A program made the position numbers and the translations under genes. Positions 1 through 13,249 of a DNA stretch of 64,000 nt are shown here, one piece after another. The notes under the pieces were generated by a model that was given only the letters and a program-made list of their open reading frames with translations, had not been told where the DNA came from and ran no database searches. The stretch is taken from assembly GCF_037042905.1 (NCBI RefSeq), contig NC_087252.1, positions 17,982,001 through 18,046,000 of the forward strand. Reading direction: 5' to 3'. Positions within the stretch are counted from its first letter, which is position 1; the number at the start of each line of letters is the position of its first letter. Origin of the DNA: Lytechinus pictus. Its lineage: Eukaryota.

Positions 1-600
1 TTTGTTGGGTACACATTTTTCACCCTTCCCGAGTACGTATGAACTACCCACGAACAAGACCTATTTAGACCCAGAGAATGTTGAAGCAATATCTAATAAA
101 TCCTTGATGGGATTTTGTTGGGTACACATTTTTCACCCCTCTGGAGTACTTATGAACTTTCCATGAACAAGACCTATTTATACCCAGAGAAAGTTGAAGC
201 AATATCTGATAAATCCTTGACGGGATTTTGTTGGGGGCACATTTTCACCCCTCTGGAGTACTTGCATGTGTGAACTACCCACGAACAAGACCTATTTAGA
301 CCCAGAGAAAGTTGAAGCAATATCTGATAAATCATTGATGGAATTTTGTTGTGTACACATTTTTCACCCCTCTTGAGTACTTATGAACTACCCACAAACA
401 AGACCTATTTAGACCCAGAGAAAGTTGAAGCAATTCTTGATGGGATTATGTTGGAGGCACATTTTTCACCCCTCCGGAGTAGTTATGAACAACCCACGAA
501 CAAGACCTATTCAGACCCAGAGAAAGTTGAAGCAATACTTTGCTTAGTCCTTGATGGGATTCTGTTGGGTACACATGTTACATCCCTGGAGAGCAGTTCC
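1..600 (+). repeat. ~113-bp intronic minisatellite (about 5 copies, continuing off the left edge) derived from the 3' end of a BEN-domain exon
   Basis: Unit starts tttgttgggtacacatttttcaccc at 1, 114, 227, 345, ~446 and ~563. Each unit translates to LLGTHFSP..TYELPTNKTYLDPEKVEAIS. The unit length is not a multiple of 3. Confidence 0.85.
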
Positions 601-861
601 TTTCAGACTACCTATCAACAAGACCTGTTTTCAGGGACTTCCGTTAATGGTAAACTTGTCATGCAATTGGCTACAGGGTCTTGTCCCTGCAATTGTGAAA
701 TATGAAGTGTGCCCTGGATTAGACTCTTAAGAAATTAGAAGCAATGTTTGCTTAATCTTTGACAGGATCTTGTCATATACACTCCCTATAGAATGCCGTT
801 CCAACAAATATAGTCAAGAATATGCACTGACAATTTATTTCCTCTTTGATTTAAACGACAG

Positions 862-974
862 ATTATGTGCAGCGAGTGACCGGTGTCCCGGCTAGAGCGG
901 TCAAAGATGCCATCAGGACGAAACTAAACAACGAAGCAAAGCGAATGCACAGACAACTCATATTCAAAAGGTAG
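862..974 (+). CDS. Terminal coding exon of a probable BEN-domain protein (upstream exons lie outside the window)
   Basis: Acceptor ...aaacgacag| at 861. The phase-1 frame reads (D)YVQRVTGVPARAVKDAIRTKLNNEAKRMHRQLIFKR*. Joined to the repeat-encoded LDPEKVEAIS it matches the BEN C-terminal pattern LDPxxxxAIxxYV...AIxxKLxN. Confidence 0.7.
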
Positions 975-1450
975 AGAGCAATGCCATCATTCTTTTTGAA
1001 ATACATGGGTATGTAAGGTTTGACCGTAGTAGGTGCCCAGGACATGAAGGTGCCGAAAAGAGCAGGCCAGACATGATAAAAATATGGCAGTCTTAGATGA
1101 AGCTTACCCTATGGACTCTTGTAAAGTCATGCTACATCTATCCCAAAGGCACCATGAATTTTCAGGTTGATATCATCTGTTTGTCAAAGTCTCAACATTC
1201 TCACGAAGATGCATTGGCCTAAAAACATTGTAAAAACTTGCCGTTGTTGAGAATTAACAACTCATTTTGTCAGGTTAATGTTCTGTTCTCCAGGAAGCAG
1301 TCCCATTTTCTTATTGTGGATGATTTTTTCATGAGCTCGTTCATCGATAGTGACCCTGAGGTCTCTGATTACACTCTGATCAATATAATAATTATGATAC
1401 TTGTATTACAGATATAATCATTATTATAGGCCATTGAAATGTTTATATCT

Positions 1451-1728
1451 GGGTCTCGTCTTACAAAGGGTTACGATTGATCTGATCAAACACAACTATG
1501 AATGACAAGCCACATCAACATCTAAACTGCAAATTTGTTCAAAATATCTTCTAGATATGATGTATATTCATGCATTCATCCTTCTCTTGAAAGTCCAGTG
1601 TGATTCTCTTTGTTTACTACTGTAAAGGAGATTGAGCTGATTTACTGTAGAAACAATTATGGTATGGATGGATTTCCATACAGTTTTGATTGATTGGATC
1701 AATCGTAACTCTTTGTAAGATGGGGCCT
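1451..1728. mobile_element. ~270-bp MITE family A; further copies at ~2139-2361, 10363-10637, 10709-10935, 29380-29514 (partial) and 45406-45680
   Basis: TIRs ggggcccgtcttacaaagagtt / aactctttgtaagacggggccc, with shared internal sequence across copies. Confidence 0.8.
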
Positions 1729-2510
1729 AGATTGGCTATCATCAGATATCCTAAATATCTGTGTTGCTTGATTATGGTGGTGTTGCAAGAAAATTCAAAA
1801 TTTCTGTTACCAACTTCCAATTGAAATGTCTATTGTAACTAGAGCAAGATTGATGATCATTTCCTTTTGCAAAAAGCAAACCAGCAATCAAGGACAAATA
1901 TACAATTAATTGCTTATGATTCATTTAGCACATAGGATTGGTTTGAGATAGATTGCAAGTTTAAAGTTTAGTGAAACTGGGACCTGATGAGCTTCTGTCT
2001 TTATTACTGCCAGAAACATTTTCTTAATTTATCATTTTCATAGGGTATTAAAAGCTTATTTCGGATCGGTTATCATTAGATTTGCATTTCTTGCTACTGA
2101 TAACAAGTTTGTAAAACTTGGACGTAGCCCCACCTCCCAAAGAGTTGCGATCGATCCAATCAAGCATAACTATGGAAAGCCAGCAACACCATCATTTAGA
2201 ATGCATTTGTCTCAGACCTTCTATTCTAAATAAGTCAGTCTACTTATCCACATTTCCAAAATGGATTGGTGGACATTCGCTATATGAAGAATTATGACAT
2301 TGATGGATTTCCATAGTTTGCCTGATTGGATCAATCACAACTCTTTGTAAGACAGGGCCCTGATAAGCTTCTGCTTGTATAACTGCCAGATATCGTTGTA
2401 TAATTTATCATACCGTAGCCTAGGAATGGATCATATGATCGTAACATAGCAATGTGTTTCAGCTGTGCTTGTGATTAACCACAACTCTGAAAAGGCTTAG
2501 CTTCCCTCTT

Positions 2511-3009
2511 AAAGGGGAAGTTCACCCCGACAAAAAGTTTATTGTAAAAATAGCAGAAAAAATAATAAAAAATATTGCCGAAGGTTTGAGAAAAATTCAT
2601 CAAATAATTAAAAAGTTATTAGAATTTCAATTATTTGATTTGTGACGTCATGTGCGAGCAGCATTCCTACATAGCGAATGGTAAAAAATCAATGAAATGT
2701 CATTTTCTCAGAAAATTGAAAATGGTTTTCACTGTACCTTTTGTATATCAATAGACAAATCATTTCACATCCGATCATGAATAGAAAAAAAATTAAGTCA
2801 TCAGGAACCATACAAAATTTGAAATTCATGCATTTTATATTACATAACACATGGGGCAGCTGCTCGTTTATGACGTCACAAATCCAAAACTTTGAACTCT
2901 AATAACTTTCTTACTCTTTAACGAATTTTCATCAAACCTTCACCAATATTTTTTACTATTTTTTCTGCTATTTTTACAACAAAGTTTTCTTCAGGGTGAA
3001 CTTCCCCTT
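2511..3009. mobile_element. Non-autonomous TIR element (TTAA-type, Kolobok-like); degenerate relatives at ~4205-4508 and ~35885-36340
   Basis: aaggggaagttcaccc ... gggtgaacttcccctt with long imperfect inverted arms. Confidence 0.7.
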
Positions 3010-4625
3010 CAAAGATTTCATCTTTAACATAGAAATAAGAAATTCACAAATTTTATAAACCGTCTTGGCTGCTCTTCTGCTATGGTTCAAACAATCTTAA
3101 TATTCATTATCCAAGAAGAGTTGGTAAACAGTTGACTATTTGTCAAGCAAATTCCCATGAGTTCACTACTTTGATGAATACATTCAAATGGTTGTTGTAG
3201 ATACTGAACTAGAAGCTATGATTAAATCATCTTTCTCTGTATGAAATATGTGTAGTGTGACTACCAGTATTGTTTTTATGAAAGAATCATGTTGAGTGGT
3301 CATGATGACAACCTTGTAGAAATCCAAGTTTTTATTTTTGTAAATTGAAATGCTTGATTTTTACCTATAGCCAGTATGATGAAGAAAATTAATACACAAA
3401 ATATGCAGTATAATGATGAAAGTTGTTACGCAAGATGCGCATATGTATTTACTACAGAACGTTGGGACTTTATAAGTCATTGTTTAAAAAGCTACACGAT
3501 GTAGTGTATTTATTATTGTTGCTATTGTTTTGTATTTTCTTGTTGTTTTTATGCCTAGCTAAGAAAGAAAGCTCAAAATAAGCAAACTTATTGACAACTC
3601 CCATCAGTATTTTGGGAACTTTTGCAAGAAATTTCAATTGGAAGTATTCCATGAACATGCAACTCTTTTTTTTATCTCTCGATGTCACTGGGATCGTGTT
3701 GTTAAGATCCATTCTTTAGTACCACTGTTATTTGATTTTGATTTTTTTGTTGTACATGTTTTCTCTGAAGTTTGCAGCAGGTACACAGAACAAACACCTG
3801 TTTTATCTTTTATGTTACATGACACAGACTCTGAATCATCATCTCTTTCAATTCAGAGACATTTTTTTTTTAATCTAAAGATCATTTATTTCATTTTTTA
3901 TGATTTTTTAGTCACCTAAACTTGCCCAATTAATCATCTTGTTTTTTTCTTATTTATTACATTATTTGCTGATTTATAGAAGACCTGTGTTTGTTTACTA
4001 CGTACAATTATGTTTTTATTCTATTTTTTGTATTCGCTTTATCAGATCATTTCATTACTCAGCCAGTGCTCCCGATGGTCCCCCTTGAAGGTACCCCTGT
4101 GAAACAGAAATGAGGTGAAGCCCTGTAGAAACTACATATTTTGTTATGTATGGGACTAGGTTCAAAGAAAAGTGAGCAGCACATGTTTTGTTTAGTATGG
4201 GACTAGCTTTAAGTTCACACTGACAAATGTTTGATGTAAAAATATCGCAAAAATAATAGAAAATATTGCTGAATGTTTGAGGAAAATCCATCAAAGAACA
4301 AAAATGTTATCAGAATTTTAATTATTTAATTTGTGAATCATATGCAAGCAACATTCCTGCTTGTATGTGACGTCACAAATTCAAAACTTAATATTCCAAT
4401 AACTTTCTAAATATTTAATAGATTTTCCTCAATTCTTCACCAATTTTTTGTATTATTTTTTTCTGCTATTTTTACAACAAACTTTTCTTCAGGATCAATT
4501 TCCCCTATAATGGTTATTGATATTTTGATAATTAATTATGTATATCAGGATTTTGTAATTGCTGAACCAAAGGAATATCATAGAGCTTTGTTGATGTTTT
4601 TTTATTATTATTTTTATTTATTTAA

Positions 4626-4934
4626 AGGGGCTGTCACTTTTAGATGTTTTAGCAAGATTTAGATTTCTTGATATCAATAATTTGATTCTTCATCAAGGAT
4701 TAGGATGAAATTGCTTGCCATGAACCAGGCAAAAAATAATAATGCCAAAAGTTTAAGGGCTAGTGCTTGAGCTCACCAACCAGAGTTTGTTATATTACAA
4801 TTTACATTGGACCGTTTAGTTCCATGGCTCTTCTGGGCATATTGGGGATGAATTTCCCCATGCCCTCATCTAACTTTTTCCCTGCCTGTGCATTGGCATA
4901 CACTAGCTTAAAGCGTTCATTTGTGACAGCCCCT
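4626..4934. mobile_element. TTAA-flanked MITE (Kolobok-like)
   Basis: ttaa|aggggctgtcac ... gtgacagcccct|ttaa. Confidence 0.75.
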
Positions 4935-4938
4935 TTAA

Positions 4939-5481
4939 GGGGGTACCCCTGGCTAAAAATATTAAAATAGAGTAAAATTCACAGAGCAAAATACTAATAA
5001 TTTCTTCAAAATCGGATAGCAAATAACAAATTTATTGAATTTTAAAGTTTTGTTGTTAACATGTGAAAATGCATGTCATGAATATTCATGAGGTGGACTG
5101 ATGATGTCACATCCCCACTTTCCATTTTCTTATGTTATTACATGAAATCATAATTGTTTCATTTTCCATACATGAAATATTAACATCTTTTGCACTAAAT
5201 TAGTTGTCAATCTGATTTTCAGTTCTTGGTAGAAAAACTTTAGATAAATATAATTTCATGTAATAAAATACAAAATCACAAGTGGGGATATGACATCATC
5301 AACTTGCTCATTGAATATTCATGAAGACATGCCTAGAACTGTTTCACCGGAATAATGCAAATCTTTAAAATGCCATAACTTTGTTATTCCTTGTCCAATT
5401 TTGATCAAATTTTCAGTGTTTTGTTTGTCTGATTTATCTTTATCTGTTTAAATCATTATATTTTCAGCCTGGAGCATCCCT
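4939..5481. mobile_element. TTAA-flanked MITE sharing its left TTAA with the previous element; related copy at 32394-32764
   Basis: ttaa|gggggtacccctggctaaaa ... ttttcagcctggagcatccct|ttaa. Confidence 0.7.
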
Positions 5482-5904
5482 TTAACTGTCATTAAAAAAT
5501 GTATTTATACTTTTACTGCCTGACCTGAAGTAACCCATCGCAGAACTACTTTGTCTAAAGAGATTTCTGAAGCTATGAATGATACAAAGTCATATGCCTG
5601 TTACCTTTGAGGGATCATGCATCATTAGTTACATCTTTTTTCTGAAAAGGAGAAAACATGAAACAAAATAGGAAAATGTATGCCGGGAGTCCCTGCATGC
5701 TACCATTATCTGTCATCTGATAGGAAAATGAATATATAAAACATTCAGGTTGAAAGCACTCTTATTTGCTTTCAAAAGTGAATCAATCTGGCAATCAGGA
5801 TTCAAAGAAGCCCTGACAATAGTCTGTAAGCACAGACTAACATTTAAACGAATTGTACCATGTCTTAAGTGAAGACTAGACTCTTAAAAGCTGTCTGTGC
5901 AACC

Positions 5905-6454
5905 TTAGCAGGGAATAATTTTGCTTTACAAATTTGAATGGCATTTTTGGTCATAAGAGAAAAGCTTGCAACTAATAATAATGTATAGTCCAATGTAAAA
6001 ATATGCTATACAAAAGACTTTATGCATGGCGGTCTTTCAACGATGTGGAGAAAATTGCGATGCGATACCCAGACCTGCCAACCAGTACGTTTTTTGGCGT
6101 ATTTAGTACGTTTTTGCAACCAAAATACGACAGTACGTTTTTTCTTTTAAAAATATGATATTGTTTTTTTTTTTAATAAAAATGTCTCTATTTCATAAAA
6201 CTTACACAAATATGGTTATAAGATCATTGTAATTTTAGGTAACTTGTTTTATTTTTTTCAATCATTTTGTTAAAACCAGGGTGAGATATACACATGTTTC
6301 AATTTTTTTTTTCATCTGCAAGAGCAGTGCGCATTCATTTTATTATGAAATACACTTTTTTTGGGGGAAAATAATTTTTTTTTTATCACAGAATACAATT
6401 TTTCATTCCCAGAGGTTGGCAGGTCTGGATACCAGGAAAATTATTCCCTGCTTA
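5905..6454. mobile_element. MITE with TIR agcagggaataatttt, interrupted by the 6070-6427 element; uninterrupted inverted copy at ~45131-45283
   Basis: ttagcagggaataattttg at 5906 and aaaattattccctgcttag at ~6437. Confidence 0.7.
6070..6427. mobile_element. Nested MITE with 14-bp TIR and GATACC target duplication
   Basis: gatacc|cagacctgccaacc ... ggttggcaggtctg|gatacc. Confidence 0.85.
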
Positions 6455-8330
6455 GTATATACATGTATGAGTGAATCTAGTCTCACTACTTCAGACTCTG
6501 CAATATGCACTGTGTGGAAACCAAGGTCTGTGCCTGTAGACTACTCTTTCCCCTAGAGACTAGGCGTGCCATAGGATTGTTTACATTCGTAGATGATTTA
6601 TGTTTTGTGTATATTACTATATTCATGTTGCTAACATTGACCAAAGATCGTTTTGTAGCGCTGCCATCCTGTGGTCCGTTAATTTGTGGTCCCAAGTCAA
6701 ATATTCTAGCTATACTATAAAATAGGTTTACCTTTAATACAGGACGTTCACATTAACAGTAAAAATTTATTTTTATTTTTAATGATGATTGAGAACATCT
6801 GACTTAAGTATTGTACATTGAGATATTAGATAAAGAATAACTATTTAAAGTTATTTTGCAGGAGAAACTTTAAATAGCAGAGATGCAAACAGATATTCCT
6901 GTTCATGTTTTCATACTTTTTAGCCCTAATACTTTGATACCAAAAACGCAAATGCTGGTTTATTGAAGAAAAGCTGATGGCTTTTCATTGAATACACACA
7001 TTTTTAGTCACAAAAATATGGCAATATCAGTGGGTATCACAGGTATAGTGTTCAGTAGACATTGATTATTGAAAACAGTATTGATGCATCAAGGCTTGAA
7101 ATCGAAATATTTAAGGATTAAAGTGATGTTTACTGTTCTAGAATAATGGAAATTTGCCATGCATATTTTGTAATATTGTAGCATATTTGATGTTAAATTG
7201 ATTGTTTGTTCTAAATGTACATAAACGATATATGCTCTTTATTCCTAAGGTTTGTTATTCCGAGAATGAAAAAAATGTTGGTTAATCCAGTCATTTGAGG
7301 CATAGTTCTGAATGTTTTTGATTAAGAAAGAAAGTAGGGTTTGTCATTCTAAAGGTTCATTAATCCAAAAGTCTAAATATAAAATTAGTTTTGCTAAGCT
7401 AATATCCAAACATTTGTGACTTTTCTAGCATTATCAAAAAAGCATTCAAAAATTCTAAATGCTTGTTAATTCAAAAAGATTTTTTTTTATTCAAGTAGGT
7501 TGGATTGTCCTAAAAATGAAAAAAAAAGTCTGTTATCACAATGGTTCGATAGTCCAAAACATTTAAAAAAGTTTGTGAGTACAAAAATGACTGTATGAAC
7601 CTTACTTCATTTTAGGACTATTGAACCTTCGGATTAGCCCAAAGGGTGGAGAAGGCACTCACATATGATGCCAGTATGCATATTATTTTCACCCTTATTT
7701 TTCATTGACCAACCCATTCCTAAGCCCCTCATTTCGGGCATCAGTTCTCGAATTTCACATCAAATTTCATGTGAAATCCCAGTTCCTACACACCTTAACT
7801 GTTCTTAAGCCCGTTATTTCAAAAGCGACTTCAGCTCTTAAACGGTATGGTTTCAGATTTCAAGCCACAGCATTACTTATTTCATTTTCAGAGGGAGACA
7901 TAAACCTTCACACTAACGAACCTTCGGAATAATGAGCCGTTACTACTTAAACATTGTAGGAAGTGTATTCATTTTGTTATAAGGCCAGTTAACATAGTTC
8001 TATGCAAACCTAGTTGCTTTCTTACAAGCCCCTTGTTTCTAGAATTTTGGAATGTTTGAAGGACGTTGTGTGTCTACAGGCTGTATTTGTTTTTGTACTC
8101 CTTTTGTAGGCTTTATCTCCAAATTGATTCCATGCAATGTAATGTAATGTTTTAATGTTGATAATAATGTGAAAGTGATCCATATGGATATGTTTTATGT
8201 CAGGCTCCATTTGGAATATCCCTTAAGATACATGTATTTGTCATGTAACACTAAAGTAGCTATCCTTTTAACTTCTGTGAGAAATTCTTTTTTTTTTTTT
8301 TACATTTGAATATACACCCGCACCGGCTGC

Positions 8331-8783
8331 CCCGGGGGGGCCAGTCAACTATATTGCTGTACACATGCGTGACCAAAAAAACGCGTTTAAAGGGGTGTTT
8401 TTTTTTTCAGTTTTGGACGCGGTCCGCGCGTGGACTCGTTAAGGGTATCAAAAACACAGATTTTCAGGGAAAAGGGTGGTTTTGAAAGACTGGTCAATGG
8501 TCAATCGCAGGGTCAAACGTATTTAGGGTTGTTTTTTTTTTCCCCCAAAGTTTTTTTTTTAAGACTAGCCAAACGTGTTTAGGGTATTTTTTTCCCCCAA
8601 ACTTTTTCCCCGAGGTCATATTTTGGCGACAACTTGTTTAGGGGCCAAAATGTGTAAATAAAGCCTGCGAAAAACTCGTTTAGGGGGTTATTTTGCACGC
8701 AGAGAAAAACTCGTTTTGGGAGTTGTTTGGAAATTCCTTGGTCAAGCATGTGTACAGCAATATATTTGACTGGCCCCCCCGGG
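8331..8783. mobile_element. MITE with CCCGGG-G-run termini
   Basis: cccggggggggccagtcaactatattgctgtacacatgc ... gcatgtgtacagcaatatatttgactggcccccccggg. Imperfect 8-bp flanks ccggctgc/ccggccac. Confidence 0.8.
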
Positions 8784-9582
8784 CCGGCCACACAGAAAGG
8801 TTGTTAGCCTAACAGAGCGCTAACAGTAAGCCCAGTCACATCCTTTGGATTGTGAAGTCAAAACATTTATTTGAATGTGTCAGTAATGCATTGATGTAAC
8901 ATAAGGCATCGCTGCCACATCACCTGTTGTAACAGGGCCTCTGTTAGCGCATTGTTAGCGCTTGCAACGTTTCTGTCTCTGCAGCCTGTACTGATGTACA
9001 TGTATGGAGTACATGTAACAAGATTGTACATCGTAGGGTACTTACAAGTGATTTTACATTCTCAGTATGCACTACAGTAGATGTGGTCAGTTATAACCTA
9101 ACAAGGGTTTATTTAAAAATGGACGTCGCTATTGATTCACCCACAAGAATCGCTCTCATTTCCGAATAGACAATCAAATATACTCAGTTAGTACCTGAAT
9201 GCGACATTTTGGAGACAAGATGTAAAAATGTATTTTGTCTGTCTTATTTGATTAACTCGACACAAAATATGTCACAATGGCCGAGCAAAGGTTCAGCCTT
9301 ATGACAAGGGACCATAATATTCATACACCCCTCCGCGAATTTGTCCTTTTCCTGTTGTGCCTATACTTGTAGTAAATTATGGGTCTTTCGTATCCATATT
9401 CTCAATTCATCAAACGCAAGTTCATGTCTTGTGTACACGTTATTAGTGTATTTGCACACCATACATGATGTGTGCCTGCCTGCGCTGTATATTCTTTACA
9501 TCACAATTACATGGCCAGGTTTACTTTACTTCATCACGTTCATGAATAACAAGAATTCAAAGGTACCAAGCAGCAAAATGGC

Positions 9583-10098
9583 TACAAGCAATAGCTTGAA
9601 TTACCTATTATGCATCTGTGGGCCTATAGGTAATAGTAATACAAGCAATAGCTTGAATTACACATAGTGCACCTATGGGCCTATAGGTAATAGTAATACA
9701 AGCAATAGCTTGAATTACACATTGTGCACCTGTGGGCCTATAGGTAATAGTAATACAAGCAATAGCTTGAATTACACATTGTGCACCTGTGGGCCTATAG
9801 GTAATAGTAATACAAGCAATAGCTTGAATTACACATTGTGCACCTGTGGGCCTATAGGTAATAGTAATACAAGCAATAGCTTGAATTACACATTGTGCAC
9901 CTGTGGGCCTATAGGTAATAGTAATACAAGCAATAGCTTGAATTACACATTGTGCACCTGTGGGCCTATAGGTAATATTAATACAAGCAATAGCTTGAAT
10001 TACACATTGTGCACCTGTGGGCCTATAGGTAATAGTAATACAAGCAATAGCTTAAATAACACATTATGCACCTGTGGACCTATAAGTAATAGTGATAA
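9583..10098. repeat. 57-bp tandem minisatellite, about 9 copies
   Basis: Unit acaagcaatagcttgaattacacattgtgcacctgtgggcctataggtaatagtaat, with near-identical central copies. Confidence 0.95.
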
Positions 10099-11579
10099 TA
10101 TTGACTGGCTTTAATTTTCGGGAGATACCACATTATAAGTAGATTTGAATCAGTGATTGGTCAATACGCCATCATGTAATCATAGCTGCAAGGCTTTCCT
10201 TTTTTTCAATTCTAGGTTTTGACGTCACTTCAATAAAAAACATAACTGCGTTGTAGTGTAAACGGCGGTGGTATATTCTGCGTACTCAGGTAGTTAACTT
10301 AATTTACGTGCTAGTGTGTATACGCAGATTGCATGGAAAATGCTGACATCTATAGATGGATCAGGGCCCCGTCTTACAAAGAGTTTTGATTTATCCAATC
10401 ACTCTCAACTCTATGGAAATCCATCCATACCATATTTTTTTCTGCAGGAAATTTGGACAATCTCCTTCGTAAACACAGACAATCACACTGAATCTTCAAG
10501 CGAACGATGAATGTATGTATATACATCATATCTAGAAAATATTTTGACCAAATTTGCATTTTAGATATTGATGTTGCTGGCCGTCCATAGTTGTGGTTGA
10601 TCGCATCAATCGCAACTCTTTGTAAGACGGGGGCCCTGGTCTGCTGGTGCAGTAAGCATTGCAAGTTTATCATAAAGCTATTTTATCAATGTAGACTATA
10701 CACTATAACGGCCCCGATTGATCCTATCACAATATGGACGGCCAGCAACATCAACATTTAAAATGTATGTTTGTTCAATATATTTTCTAGATATGATGTA
10801 AATGCATACATTCATTATTCTTTTGAAATATCAGTTTGATTGTCTTTGTTTACTATAAAGGAGATTGTGCAAATTTTCAGGAGAAAAAAAATATGGTATG
10901 GATGGATTAATCGTAACTCTTTGTAAGACAGGTCCTCGTTATTGCCTGGTCTTTCTTTTTCATAAACAACATTTCAACTACTTTCCGAAGCTAGTTTTTC
11001 CCTCTGGAGATTATTTTCCATCAGCGCCGCACACTTCAGATAAAATATAATCCCTTAGGGAAAAATATAACTCCGTCAGAGAAATTGATGTTATATTCAA
11101 ATTCTGGTTAGGCAATATCTTCATTATATTCAAACTCGAGGAAGGCAATATTTGTATACTATTTCCCTCAGTAGACCTATTGCCCTCGTCAAGACTCGGG
11201 GGAAAATGTATATACACATGTATATCTCCCCAAAAGCCAGTCAATATCATATAATATATCATCTAGTATAAAATTTGTAGAGGTAAATTTTAGACATCGC
11301 AGTCTTGTTTAATACACTAATGCTGGTTTTATAGATTGGTTAAAGCAATATTCCAGTTACATAACCAAAAATGGTATGATCTATCTTCCAGTGTGTTGCC
11401 CTTTTTAACTATTCTGAATATTAATATCTTTAGGTATATTTGTTGAGATGGGCTTTATGAGAAAAGAAGCAGAATAGGAATGATATGATTAAATGCACCC
11501 TAGCAATCCCTGTACAATCATTCTATCATATGGTTTTATATATATGTATATATATATATCAGTGTTTTTTTTTTATTGA

Positions 11580-11975
11580 TCTAATGCCAATTTGTCCAAT
11601 TACCAACTCTTCTACTATCATTTGGTCTACCATCAGTTCATCCACTATCCCCATGGTCTAATTGCCATTTCGTCTAATAACCAGTTGATCTAGTAGCCAT
11701 TTTATAGTCTCTATGTCATTTGGTCTAATTGGACTACCGGTATGTGTTTATTGGGTAAAATGAATGCAAATAAAATGGATATTAGACCAACTGGTATATG
11801 AGACGAAATGGTCATAGACGAACTGGTGATTAGACAAAGTGATGATTAGACCAAATGGTTATTGGATCAAATAGTTGTTAGATGAAATGTTGATGGACGG
11901 AATGGCATTAGACTAAATGAAGGTACTCTATGTGGTGAGTGGACGAGTTTGCAGTAGACAAATTGACAATTTACC
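11580..11975. mobile_element. Degenerate MITE with internally repetitive inverted arms
   Basis: gccaatttgtccaattaccaactc ... gagtttgcagtagacaaattgacaat. Left-arm ggtcta motifs are mirrored by tagacc motifs on the right. Confidence 0.55.
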
Positions 11976-13249
11976 TATATGTACCAGAAAGCAAAAAAAA
12001 AAAACGTTGAATTTTAGCCTGTAAAGGATAATTTCATTGAACTTAATTCTGTATTAGTCATGTAGGACTTCCATCATGTTTGTTGCTTCCATGTATTGTC
12101 TGATGTGATCGCGTTTTGTAGGAATTTCTTGTGTATAATTATCAAGAGAAGATATTTTTAAACATTGTTTCCTTTTAGTCACCTTGATGAGGTTCAGGTC
12201 ATGAACGGCCGTGCCTAAAATCGTTTTTAGCTTGCCTAGTTTCCTACCCTACTTATGTTGCTCTTTGTTTGTGCAAGATTAAATCATGTCATAGTATTTG
12301 TCTGTGGAACAGTCAAAAGAATGCCTCCAACTTGTTTCATTTGAGTGTGGTCATGCCTCATGGTTGTATTGAGTTGTATGGGTGGGTGCGGCATATGAAA
12401 TACATTCATTCATTCATTTATTTAATGGTTTATTAAATAGACATGTATCGCAGTAAAAACTGAATTACACATGCTTTACAGGGTATCAATTTAAAAAAAT
12501 GGTACGAAAAATACAGAGACAGTTAAAATTATTCACATACATTTGCACAGTAAATTATTGATAAAGATGAATAAATAACAAGAGAATGCATATGAGAGAT
12601 TGGTAAAATTATTCGTAATAGAACTTAAAAACACAATAAGTCAATGGTTATTAGAAAAAAATCACAATTGGTAAGCATGTATATATGCTTATCAATACAT
12701 GGGGCAACGGGTGATTTTACCCTCTTGCACACACCATATTGCTCCTGAAATTCTCCCAAATTGCATGGTTTGGGGCGACCATCTTTTCAAGAGTCGCCTC
12801 AAGATCTGCCATCTGCAAACAATCTTTCAAGAATATTTAGAAAATCAATATTATAGTTTTTACATAATTATAGGTGAATGATTTTGCATTTACCGCATGC
12901 ATGATTGCTTATTGCACACAAAAAATTGCCCCTAATAAAGTAAGATGTATTTCCTTCCCTGGTGGCGAGCGGATGGGGGTGAATGAGGTGTCCCTCCAGG
13001 CAGGTATCCAAGATTAATTCATGAAAGCAGGGCCACAGAAATCTCTCTCTCTCTCTCTCTCTCTGATGAATCCTTAAAAAAGCCACTAAAAACAAAATCT
13101 GGCAAGCAAAAGGGAGGGGGGGAATAGATGCAACTTATCAAAGAGAATTTTTTATTTTCTTTTGAGAAGTATATCTATTTTTCTATTTGCCTTTTGATTG
13201 CCAGATGATATAATGTATGTATCCACCTTGTTAGGTACTGTTCCTATTA

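Noticed and set aside
346..705. 119-aa ORF
   Set aside because: It consists of intronic repeat units derived from a BEN exon, starts at a TTG and has no usable donor.
4055..4885. Possible two-exon minus-strand gene end
   Set aside because: The putative upstream exon (4806-4885) lies inside the TTAA-flanked MITE 4626-4934, and the peptide is not recognisable.
9710..10114. 134-aa repetitive Cys/Asn ORF
   Set aside because: It is open only because the 57-bp unit is a multiple of 3. The upstream copy has an in-frame stop, there is no true ATG and no splice context. Units are directly adjacent without spacers, so it is not CRISPR either.
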